Assembly (NCBI GenBank): GCA_965219415.1
Contig: OZ244742.1
Coordinates: 448,001 to 512,000, forward strand
DNA length: 64,000 bases
Direction of reading: 5' to 3'
Source: Candidatus Marinacidobacterales bacterium
GTDB taxonomy: Bacteria; Acidobacteriota; Vicinamibacteria; Marinacidobacterales; DATDRI01
Positions within the stretch are counted from its first letter, which is position 1; every line of letters starts with the position of its first letter. Positions 10,753 through 20,688 of the stretch are shown here, piece after piece. Both the position numbers and the translations under genes were made by a program. Under the pieces are notes generated by a model. That model was not told the origin of the DNA. It worked only from the letters and a program-made list of their open reading frames with translations, and did not search any database.

Positions 10753-12139
10753 GGGTTTACGCGGATTCGTGTGGGTAAGTTCTGACGGAAAAACAGTGTA
10801 ACTCATTGTGTGGAAAAGGTATCGAGTACTTCATCAGGTGCTGAAAAGTGGTCCATTTTTAGGATAGGCTAACCGAGTGAAAAATTCCCAGTCGATCCGC
10901 TCGCTGTTTGCGCTGCCAGGTTTCGTGGTTGGTGCCGGGTTGAAGGGTCTATTCGGTGACCGATACGCCCGCGTCATCCAGCTCAAGAGGCGAAAAAAAC
11001 AGCTGTGTGCTCTTACTGTGGGCAACGGTGCCGGGGGCGCTATGACAAGCAAGTGTGCCGGGTCCGCGACCTGTCGTTGGCAGGCTGGCGGATCTATCTG
11101 GAATACGAGCGTTGGCGCGTCAACTGTTCTGGGTGCGGCGGTGTGCATGTAGAACACCTAGACTGGCTGGCGAACAACTCGCGCTACACCCAGCGTTTTG
11201 CGACGCATGTGGGCAAGCTGTGCCGGGATATGCCGAACAAGGCGGTGGCCGAGATGGAACGTCTGCACCACGGTACGGTGAAGGCTCTGGATACACGCTC
11301 TACATGCAAGAGCAGGTCGACCGGGCGGGGCTACCGGCGCCTCGGGCCATCGGTGTCGATGAGATCTCCATCCGCAAGGGACATAACTATCGCGTCATTG
11401 TCAGCGACCTGGAGCGGGCGCGTCCCATCTGGGTGGGCGGTGAGGGTCGCAAAGAAACCGACATCGATTTGTTCTTCAAGGCGCTGGGCGGAAAGAAAAG
11501 CGCCCGTATCAAGCTGGCCGCCATGGATATGTGGAAGCCCTTCCGGAACTCGGTGATTCACAACGCGCCTAATGCGCGGATCATCTCCGACAAGTTTCAT
11601 ATCATGCGTCATCTGTCAAAGGCCCTCGATGAGGTCCGGCGCGGTGAGTACAAACGCCTCAGCGGCAAGGACCGGTCGTACATCAAGGGGCAGCGTTACA
11701 CTTTGCTTTCCCGGCGGGAGAACCTGAGCCTAGACGGTCGCCGCGCACTCAAAAAGTTGCTCCAGGCCAACCGGCGCCTGAACACCGCCTATATTTTGAA
11801 GGAGGCCTTCGGGCAACTCTGGGGTTACCGCACCGAACGCGGCGCTCGCGCCTTTTTCACTCGTTGGAAAGACAGCCTCAAATGGCAACGCCTGCATCCG
11901 TACCAGAAGTTCGCCGGTATGATTGAGTCCCATTGGGATGGTATCGCCTCCTACTGTCATCCGGAGAACAAAGTCAGTCTCGGCCTAGTTGAAGGGGTCA
12001 ACAACAAAATCCGTGTTCTGCAACGACGCGCCCTACGGCTATCGCGACGAGGAATATCTCAAGCTGAAGATCGTGGCGACTTTCCTTTCGCCATTACCCA
12101 GAAATGCAGTTTTCAACCCACACGAATCCGCGTAGACCC
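10753..12139 (+). mobile_element. ISL3-family insertion sequence, copy 1
   Basis: 24-bp IRs GGGT(T/C)TACGCGGATTCGTGTGGGT; 8-bp TSD AGAAAAAA (10745-10752, 12140-12147); zinc finger plus GVDE, MDMW, DKFH, EGVNNKI motifs; extra indels near 11293 and 12032. Confidence 0.96.
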
Positions 12140-12140
12140 A

Positions 12141-12175
12141 GAAAAAAGGCCAGCCTCCCGTGAGGGAGGCTGGCC
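12141..12175 (-). terminator. Rho-independent terminator of the TonB-dependent receptor gene
   Basis: GGCCAGCCTCCC-4nt loop-GGGAGGCTGGCC, followed on the minus strand by T6. Confidence 0.85.
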
Positions 12176-12202
12176 TAACGAACGACGTGCTAGAGGCTCG
12201 CG

Positions 12203-14778
12203 CTAGAAGCGATAACGAACACCGAACTGCGCCTGTCGCGCGGTTCCGATGAGATCGGGAAGACCGAAGTTCTGGAGAGGAAGCTCCTGGAGGTCCTCGG
12301 AGATGCTCCGGTTTGACGCTATTGAACAGGTTGAAGACCTCCAAGATCAGGTCCATCTGACCGGGCCCGAGCTGCGGCGACCATTGCAAGCGCCAATCGA
12401 AGTTATAGAAGCTCGGCTGTCGGCCGGCACCGTGGAGCTGCAGCCCGTCGGGCAGTTGATCCTGACCGATGGCGTCCACTCTGGCCCGGTTGGACGCATC
12501 CACGATTCCGCGGGCGGCATCGTCTTCTCCGTCGTTGTCTCTGTTGATGTGTGGAGTGCGCGTAAACACCATCCACTTCCCACCGCGAAGTCTTCGCCCA
12601 TCTGGTGCTCGATTCCCAAGTTGAACCGTTGATTCCGAGGGTTCACGTAATCCGGATTCGCGAAGAAAACCTCCGACGGAATATTCGTCCGGGGATCGTC
12701 AGGCGGAATCCCGGCCTCGGGTAGGACTTCTGGAAACGTGATGAAGGTCGGCCGGAAGAAGAAATACAATCCTTGCCGGAAACCATTCAACGTCTGAATG
12801 TTCGCCCACAAGAGCAACGGAGTACGGGAGTTGAAGATTCCGGCCCCGCCGCGGATGACCGTCTGCCCGTCGTTACTCGGGTCATAGGCGAACCCGAAAC
12901 GAGGCTGCCACTGGCTGTAGTCGTCGGGGACGATGGGCTGATCGAGACCGAAGACCGCGCCTGGATCGTTCGGATTTCGGGCCGGCCTGCCAAACGCCTC
13001 TTCGGGTGCATCCGGGTTTTGCAAGCCTTCCCAGCGTAGACCCAGCGTTAGCGTCAGGCCCGGTGACGGCCTCCAGGTATCGTTGACATAAAGGGCAAAT
13101 TCCTTTTGGCTGAAGGCGATGGTCCCAGACTCCACGGTGGTGAAACCGTTCAGTCCCGCCCGCTGGAACAAGGAGCGTGGTGAATTGGCGAGATAGTCTT
13201 CGAGGTTCGAGAACCGCCACTCACCCGCCGAGAAGCCGAAGAACTGCTGTGAGGTCTCGGTGTAGTTGAAGTCGAAACCCATCTTCATGTCGTGGTCACC
13301 GAAAAGATACGTGAAGTTATCGGTGAGCTGCCACCGAGTGTGATCGGACAAGATGGGTAAGAATCCAAGGCGACCGTAGCGGCAGCAACCGTCAATGCGC
13401 ACGTCGGGACCCAAGTCGTTGTTGCTTGCCCGGGGACGATCCTCGTAGGCGTACTGGAACTTGAACTCGTTGAATTTTTGGTGCCGATGACCGTGGCATT
13501 GCTCACCACCAGCGAGTGAGCTGTGTCCGAGGTAGTCTCGGTGTTTCCTTGCGAAGAGCTCTGGACGTTGCCCTCCACGCCGCCGGCACTGGCACCGAAA
13601 TTGTCGCCGGTAAACTTGCTGAAGTTGTAGCGCACCGACAAAGTGTTGTTCGAAGTGAGCTGGATATCCGTCTTGACCAGGAAAGCGGTGAGTTTGATGT
13701 CCCGCCGAAAATCACCCTGCAGGGAGTTAATGTCGTCCACACCCGCGACAGGCCCTCCAAAAAGGTCCGTGTTGCTAGGAATGTTGGATACGTCCCGGTT
13801 GAAACGCACGAGAAATGGGGACGTGAAATCGGATCGGCTAACCGAAGCGAAGAAGTGGGCCTTGTCTCTCGCGATGGGTCCTCCGATGGTTGCGCCGAAC
13901 TGGTGCTGCGAGAAGTCGGTCTTGGGAACGTTGGTGAAGCCGGTAGGGCTCTGCGGATCGTTGACGGCTAGCGTGGCCAGCAATGCCTCGTTGCGGCCGA
14001 AATAGTGGCCGCTCCCTTCGAAATCGTTGGTGCCCGATTTGGTCACCACGTTGAGTACGCCACCCGCGGACCGGCCGAACTCTGCCGAGAAGCCGTTGGC
14101 CATCACCTGGAACTCCTGGATCGCTTCTTGGGGGATCACGAACTGGATCACCTCCGGCTGACCGTGGGCGGAGCCGAAGAACGTATTCGTGAAATCCTGC
14201 CCATCCACCATGACGCCGGTGTCGATCCCCTTGGCGCCGGCCATCGAGATCGTGTCGCGGTCCGCCTCCCTAATAACGGTGGGGGTCAGGGTGGCGAAGT
14301 CCTGGAAGTCGCGAGAGTTCGCCGGAAGATTGTCGATGGCATCGGTTCGGATGGTGGACGCGAGGACCGCCCGAGAAGTCTCGATGATCGGGGACTCTGT
14401 CGTGACGGTTACCGTTTCTTCTACGGTGGCCACTTCCAATACTAGGTTGCCTAGCGTCACCGTCCCACCGACCGTGAGAATGAGCCCCTCACGCACCATC
14501 GTCTTGAATCCCGATAATTCAAGGGTCAAAACGTATTCGCCCACCGGCAGCAGCGGCGCGCGAAAGTTTCCGGACGCGTTGGTGACCGAGGCACGCCTGA
14601 ATCCCGTTTCTATTTGCCTGATGTCCACCGAAACGCCGGGCAGCACTCCGCCCGTTGCGTCCTTGACCGTGCCTTCGATCGTCCCCAGTGATACCGAGGA
14701 CTGCGAAAACGCCGGGACACTAACTACGACTAGCAACGCCAGGATAAGCGTCGCTTCGAAACAACGTCTCACCGACAT
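12203..14778 (-). pseudogene. Oar-like TonB-dependent receptor, frameshifted and apparently internally deleted
   Basis: Signal peptide, carboxypeptidase-regulatory-like domain, EFQV..NGFSAEFGR, LTLGLRWE, PRFGFAY, terminal RQAQFGVRYRF; frame breaks near 13480, 12575 and 12245-12310. Confidence 0.88.
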
Positions 14779-14922
14779 AGGACCCCCTTAAGCAAGGTCG
14801 CTCGCATGAAAACAGACCACAACTTCAATCTGAAACGAAAGAGTAGCGCCCAGGTTCGTCCACGGTTGGAAGTAATCGAAATGTACTGGGGCTAGATACA
14901 ATGACTTTCCTTGAATGGGAGT

Positions 14923-14952
14923 AAGCTACATTACGTTCGAGAAAGGTGTCAA
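14923..14952 (-). promoter_or_regulatory. Sigma70-type promoter of the receptor gene
   Basis: TTGACA-N18-TAGCTT on the minus strand. Confidence 0.5.
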
Positions 14953-14982
14953 GATCATTCGTGTTCACATGTTGCAAAAAGT

Positions 14983-15141
14983 GGGTCTACGCGGATTCGT
15001 GTGGGTTGAAAACTGCATTTCTGGGTAATGGCGGAAGGAAAGCCGCCACGATCTTCAGCTTGAGATATTCCTCGTCGCGATAGCCGTAGGCGCGTCGTTG
15101 CAGAACACGGATTTTGTTGTTGACCCCTTCAACTAGGCCGA
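14983..15141 (-). mobile_element. Truncated ISL3 right-end fragment (159 bp)
   Basis: Near-identical to 46454-46612 including the right IR; similarity ends abruptly after AACTAGGCCGA. Confidence 0.93.
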
Positions 15142-15178
15142 TATTGCATTCCGCAGATTAGAGAATAGAACGAGGAGT

Positions 15179-15207
15179 TTGACACTTCTGCGGACCAGTC
15201 ATACACT
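15179..15207 (+). promoter_or_regulatory. Sigma70-type promoter of the GWxTD gene
   Basis: TTGACA-N17-TACACT, 10 nt before ATG 15218. Confidence 0.65.
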
Positions 15208-15217
15208 CCATTCCTCC

Positions 15218-16176
15218 ATGAGATTTGTCATTGTATTCCTCCTGCTCGCGTCCTTCTCGATGCCGCTCGGCGCGCAGGAATCCCAAAAGATCGCGGGCAA
15301 GGATATTTCCGAGCTTCTAAAACGATGGCCCCGAGAGTACGTGCGCTGGATCATCTCCAAGGCCGAACGTGAACGGTACGAAGCACTCGCCAAGGAGGAG
15401 GAACGCCTAGCCTTCATCGAGAATTTCTGGAAAAGACGAGACCCGTTCCCCGAGGCACCAGGGAACGAGTACCGGGCAGACTACTTCGAGCGCTACGCGT
15501 ACGTGGCGAACCGCTTCAGTGCCGGCAAGCCGGGGTGGGCTACCGACCGCGGCCGGATGTATTTGATATTGGGTCCACCCCACCAGGTTTCACAAAACCC
15601 CATCGGCCGAGCGGACTACCAGTTGGGCCTCGAAGAGTCTCTCGAAGCGCCGCCCGGGAGTTATACGCTCCAGGCCATTTTGCGCGACAGCGAACGCGAT
15701 CGCGTCGGCTCGGCTGAACAACCGCTCGAGATACGGGCCATCGATCCGGAAACGCTATCCCTGAGCTCGCTATTCCTCGCCGGGGGGCTGGTCGAGTCCG
15801 CCATGGACACGTCACGACCGTTTCGTTTCAGTTCGGCAGCGTAAGAGTGATTCCGAGTACTGACGGGAGCTTCGATTCGACGGACGACCTTGGGCTCTAT
15901 CTTCAGGCCTACGGTGCTCAAAGCGAGCCCGACGGAAAGAAGCGAATCAAAGTGGAGCTCTTCGTCATGCGAGACGGACGCCTGTTCATGGGCGTGCCCA
16001 CCAACCATCTCTTCCCCACCTCCGACCCGGTAGGGATCACCGCCACCATCCCGCTCCGTAAGTGCACCCCCGGCGACTATGCGATTCGCGTTCGCGTGAC
16101 CGACGAGGTCGCCGAAACGACCGCCGAAACCGAGAGTCCTTTCACGATACGGGACGGCTCCGTCGCATCGCGCTGA
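15218..16176 (+). pseudogene. GWxTD-domain protein, disrupted
   Basis: FWKRRDP and GWATDRGRMYLILGPP; probable internal deletion near 15610; CGTTT duplication near 15819-15828 shifts the frame into ORF 15847-16176. Confidence 0.8.
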
Positions 16177-16209
16177 AATGGGCCCCCCGTCCTTGTAGCC
16201 ATCGCAGCG

Positions 16210-16833
16210 ATGAGTCGCCGTTTCATCACCGGCCAAGACGTCCAGTCACTCCCCGAGGGAGCCATCCTCGATGTGCCCAAAGGCACTATCGTCACTGACA
16301 TCGCCCGGGAGTGGATTCAAAAGAAGCGCATCCGCGTGGTTTCGGAGAAACCCACTGGCCCACTCGCGCCGGAGAAGGCCCGTGTCGCGATCGGCTCCGA
16401 TCACGCCGGATTCGATATGAAGGAAGACGTCAAGCGCCTTCTCTCCGAGCAAGGCATCAGCTTCATGGATTTCGGAACCGACTCGACGGAGTCGGTCGAC
16501 TATCCGGACTTCGCGCACGCCGTGGCCCTAGCCGTCGCGGTGGGTCGCGCCGAGATCGGCATCGTGGTCGACGGCGCGGGAATAGGATCTGCCATCACCG
16601 CCAACAAAGTTCCGGGGGTCCGTGCCGCTCCATGTCATGACGAAGCCACGGCGCGAAATAGCCGAGAGCACAACGATGCTAATGTGATGACGCTCGGCTC
16701 GCGCATGATCTCCAACGAAACCATGGCCAAGGTCGTTCGCACTTTTCTTGCTTCCGAGATCAGCGAGGCCCGCCACCAAAATCGGGTGCGCAAGGTTGTT
16801 CGGATCGAACGAAAATACAGTCGGCCGGTGTGA
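16210..16833 (+). CDS. rpiB: Ribose-5-phosphate isomerase B with EutQ-like N-terminal extension
   Basis: GSDHAG, VDYPDFA, DGAGIGS, ANKVPGVRAA, SREHNDAN; about 55 extra N-terminal residues. Confidence 0.92.
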   Translation: MSRRFITGQDVQSLPEGAILDVPKGTIVTDIAREWIQKKRIRVVSEKPTGPLAPEKARVAIGSDHAGFDMKEDVKRLLSEQGISFMDFGTDSTESVDYPDFAHAVALAVAVGRAEIGIVVDGAGIGSAITANKVPGVRAAPCHDEATARNSREHNDANVMTLGSRMISNETMAKVVRTFLASEISEARHQNRVRKVVRIERKYSRPV

Positions 16834-16846
16834 ACCTGTCCTGTCG

Positions 16847-18560
16847 GTGCCATCCTCAACCGTCCACTCCCATATACTCCTACTAATCCTATTCGCTTCG
16901 GCAGGCGTGACGTTCGCCTCGTCCCCGTCGCAGGGGAAACTGCGCTTCACCGAAATGGTTGACGCCTCGGGGGTCACCTACCGAAACGTAAGCGGCGACG
17001 CTGAAAAACGTTTCATTCTCGGCTCCCTCGGGAGCGGGGCCGGGTTGATCGACTATGACCAGGATGGAGATCTCGATGTTTATCTCGTTAATGGCGCAGG
17101 AGTCGACGATACCCGTATCGTCGAGGCGGGCCCCAACCGGCTCTATCGCAATGAGGGAAATTGGTTATTCCGCGACGTGACCGAACAAACGGGCGTTGGG
17201 GACACCGGCTGGGGTGTCGGTTGCACAGTGGGAGACTACGACAACGACGGCCTCAGTGATCTTTACGTAACCAATATCGGACCCAACGTGCTCTTCAGGA
17301 ACCAGGGAGATGGCACCTTCAGCGACGCGACCCGCGAGACCGGCGTCGGCCATGCAGGATGGGGTACAGGTAGCGCGTTCTTCGACGCCGAGGGCAACGG
17401 AGATCTCGACCTCTATCTAGTCAACTATGTCGATCCGGACGTGACGAAGCTCCCCTTACCTGGAAGCGGCCCCACTTGTCGATGGTTTCAGCTCGACGTC
17501 TTCTGCGGTCCTAAGGGATTGACGGGTGCGGCCGACGTGTTTTATCGGAACCGCGGAGATGGCTCCTTCGCCGACGGCACCCGTGAAGCCGGGCTCTCCG
17601 ACTCGAAGAGCGCGTACGGACTCGGAGTGGTCACTTTGGACTATGACGGAGACGGGGATACCGACCTCTATATCGCCAACGATTCGGTGCCCAACTTCGT
17701 GCTCCGAAACGAGGGCAACGGCCGCTTTCAAGAAGTGGGTCTACTCTCCGGCGCCGCCTACAATGCCTACGGTTCGCCGGAAGCGGGAATGGGAGTCGAC
17801 GTGGCGGACCTCGGCGCCAACGGGCTCCCCGACATTTTCGTTACCAACTTCGCCAATGAGACCAATACGCTCTATTCAAACGAAGGGAGTGGGAACTTCG
17901 TCGACCTCACCAACGAGACTAGCCTGGAAATGGCAAGCCTCCCGTTGCTCGGCCGGGCCACCCGGTTCGTAGACTTCGACAACGACGGGGATCAAGACCT
18001 CTTCGTCGCCAACGGCCACGTATACCCTCAGATTCATGAAACCAGCGGGGGGAGCCCGTATCGACAGCGAAACCAAGTCTTCGTGAACCAGGGAGGGAAA
18101 GAGTTCGCCGAAAATGTCTTCGCGACGGGAGATGCCATGGAGCAAGAAGCCTCCAGCCGAGGAGGAGCCTTCGGCGACATGGACGATGACGGGGACGTCG
18201 ATGCCATCATCATTAATATCGACGATGTTCCCGTCGCTTCTACAAAACCAGACGCGCGATCAGGGACAGTGGATTGCCCTCCACCTGGTGGGCACGACCA
18301 GTAATCGCGATGCAATCGGCGCGCGGGTCGTACTGACCACCGGCAACCGACGACAAGTCAAGGAAATGCATCCCTCGGGAAGCTTCTTGTCCTCGAACGA
18401 CCCCCGCCTGTATTTCGGCATGGGCGAGCTCGACGAAGCGGACGAGATCCACATCATCTGGCCCGGCGGCCTCGAGCAACGAAACCACGGTGCCGATGCC
18501 GGGCAGTTGCTCTTGGTTGTCGAGGGTCGGGGGGATGCGGTACGCGCGGTAAAACCGTAG
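16847..18560 (+). pseudogene. Second CRTAC1/ASPIC-UnbV FG-GAP protein, one frameshift
   Basis: FG-GAP repeats in ORF 16748-18304, UnbV domain in ORF 18114-18560; one extra C near 18230; start approximate. Confidence 0.85.
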
Positions 18561-18590
18561 AATAACCAAAGCCAACGGCTTGGAGATCTG

Positions 18591-19460
18591 GTGATATCGA
18601 AAGAGGAACTCGACGCGCTAACCGAGTCCATTACCCGCGCCATCCTTGCCCAGATAGAAGCGGAAGGCACGTGCGACTGTCACCAGCTTGGTTTCAGTCG
18701 CTGCCCCAACGCGATCCGCCGACTCGTCGACGGCGGCGCGGAACGACTGGGACTCCACGCCGATCCCCAGCATCACGGTACATCGCTTGGGCGCATGATC
18801 GATCACACGCTTCTCAAGCCCGATGCCACCGAACCTCAAATCCGGAAACTCTGCGAGGAGGCCGCACAATACGGATTCGCAACGGTGTGTGTGAACCCGA
18901 CTTGGGTTCGACTCTCGGCATCTTTACTGAGGGGTACTCAGGTGGGCGTCTGCACCGTCGTCGGATTCCCTCTGGGTGCCAACACCGCGGACGTCAAGGT
19001 ATACGAGACGCGACGGGCTCTTTTCGATGGCGCGACGGAGATCGACATGGTCATCAACGTGGGAGCCTTGAAGTCTCAGGACTACAAGCTGGTCGAGTCG
19101 GACATCACGGGAGTGGTCTGCTGTTGCCAAGAGTCGGGCGCTCTGTCCAAGGTCATCATCGAGGCCGCGCTTTTGAACCAGCAGGAAAAAATCAAGGCCA
19201 GCACCTTGGCGGCGGCGGCGGGTGCCGACTTCGTCAAGACCTCCACCGGGTTCGGACCGGGCGGTGCGACGGCCGAAGACGTGGCGCTGATGCGTCAGAT
19301 CGTGGGGGAAAAGATCGGGGTCAAAGCCGCCGGCGGAGTGAGAGACGCAGCTACCGCAACCAAGATGGTGGAAGCAGGTGCGACGCGGATCGGTGCCAGT
19401 GCGGGTGTTCGAATTCTACAGGAGGCGGGTCGAACCGACCTCGGCAAAGCGGGCGGCTAG
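18591..19460 (+). CDS. deoC: Deoxyribose-phosphate aldolase with N-terminal extension
   Basis: [44 protein letters not shown]; about 65 extra N-terminal residues. Confidence 0.96.
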   Translation: MISKEELDALTESITRAILAQIEAEGTCDCHQLGFSRCPNAIRRLVDGGAERLGLHADPQHHGTSLGRMIDHTLLKPDATEPQIRKLCEEAAQYGFATVCVNPTWVRLSASLLRGTQVGVCTVVGFPLGANTADVKVYETRRALFDGATEIDMVINVGALKSQDYKLVESDITGVVCCCQESGALSKVIIEAALLNQQEKIKASTLAAAAGADFVKTSTGFGPGGATAEDVALMRQIVGEKIGVKAAGGVRDAATATKMVEAGATRIGASAGVRILQEAGRTDLGKAGG

Positions 19461-19463
19461 ACA

Positions 19464-20003
19464 CTAGACCAAGATCTCCTTCGGGGAAACACAAGAGATG
19501 AAGGGCAGCTCCCGATACTTCTCCTGGTAGTCCAGCCCATAGCCGACGACGAAGACGTCGTCGATGGGGGATCCTATGTAATCTGTAGGAACCGTTACTT
19601 GTCTCCTCGACGGCTTGTCCAAAAAGCAGCACGTGCGAACCGAACGCGGTTTGTGCATCCTCACGTAGTCGACCAACCAACTCAAGGTGCACCCGGTATC
19701 TACGATGTCATCGACGAGCAAGACGTCTTTCCCCACGACCGGCTTCGACATGTCCATGCGAAGCTGCAACTGCCCCGAAGATGTCGTTCCTTGCCCGTAG
19801 CTGGCCACCGAGATGTAGTCCACGATGTGGGGAAGATCGATCCTCGTCGAGAGATCCTGGGTGAACTGATAGGCCCCTCGAAGCACCCCGACCATATGTA
19901 GGTCGTTCCCGGTGTAATCCCGGGCAATCTCCTCGGCCATCTGCCCCACTCGACGTTGAATCCGGTTTTGCTCGATCAAGACTGGAAGGTCGCCACCTGA
20001 CAA
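19464..20003 (-). CDS. hpt: Hypoxanthine phosphoribosyltransferase 2
   Basis: VLRGA, VDDIVDTG, FVVGYGLD; TTG 20003 behind GGAGGTGG. Confidence 0.92.
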   Translation of the reverse strand: MSGGDLPVLIEQNRIQRRVGQMAEEIARDYTGNDLHMVGVLRGAYQFTQDLSTRIDLPHIVDYISVASYGQGTTSSGQLQLRMDMSKPVVGKDVLLVDDIVDTGCTLSWLVDYVRMHKPRSVRTCCFLDKPSRRQVTVPTDYIGSPIDDVFVVGYGLDYQEKYRELPFISCVSPKEILV

Positions 20004-20042
20004 GATCCACCTCCATACCACCTGACAAGATCCACCTCCATA
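19993..20042. repeat. 25-bp tandem duplication covering hpt-2 RBS and start codon
   Basis: CCACCTGACAAGATCCACCTCCATA x2. Confidence 0.92.
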
Positions 20043-20089
20043 CCCCAAGATTTAGTTTATGGTGCGAGATTCTACCCAATATCTTGGGG
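20043..20089. promoter_or_regulatory. Tandem NrdR-box-like operators
   Basis: CCCCAAGATTTAGTTT and ACCCAATATCTTGGGG, both with core CnAnATnTnG, 31 bp apart. Confidence 0.65.
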
Positions 20090-20165
20090 TAGGTCTAGAA
20101 AAAACCTGAGGAATTTTTTCCCAAGCGATGAAAAAAAGAATATGTGAGGAAAAAATAGAAAACCG

Positions 20166-20568
20166 TTACGGGAGGATGCGCGTTCCACTCTTGCCGACAA
20201 GAGCTTGCTGAACGCACCCAATATCCGCGATCAACACTTCGCGACCACCCCCGCGCAAGTAGTCGATGGCCGCCTCGATCTTGGGCCCCATGCTGCCGGG
20301 CAGAAAGTGGCCTTCGCTTAAATAGGACTCGGCCTCGTCTGCAGTGACTTCGCGGAGGGGCTGCTCGTCGGGTTGGCCGTAATTGAGAGACACGCGTTCG
20401 ACCCCGGTCGCGATCACCAACAGCTCCGCTCCGATCTCCCTGCTCGACGAGCGGGAGCAGGTTTCGAAGAGCCGTTTCGGCGTTCGCCCGTTGCTCGGGG
20501 ATGGTTCCAGCCTGCCCCGGGCGGATCAATGCGTTACCGCCGATAGCGACAACCGCTTTCTTAGCCAT
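20166..20568 (-). pseudogene. arcC: Carbamate kinase (ArcC/YqeA) with large internal deletion
   Basis: N-terminal VVAIGGNAL joined out of frame near 20440 to C-terminal GHFLPGSMGPKIEAA; only about 130 codons remain. Confidence 0.9.
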
Positions 20569-20688
20569 GAGAGCCGACTACAAATCGAACCGCCCCGGCT
20601 TCTGAACGGCAGTGAATGTATTCAGATGGAAGGAAGAATGACTAAAATCGTGGGTGTTTTAGAACGATTGGATCGAGCAATGACCCGC

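Noticed and set aside
14779-14922. Cobalamin or other riboswitch ahead of the TonB-dependent receptor
   Set aside because: No recognisable conserved riboswitch elements by eye
19993-20042. CRISPR array
   Set aside because: Only two adjacent 25-bp units with no spacer and no cas genes
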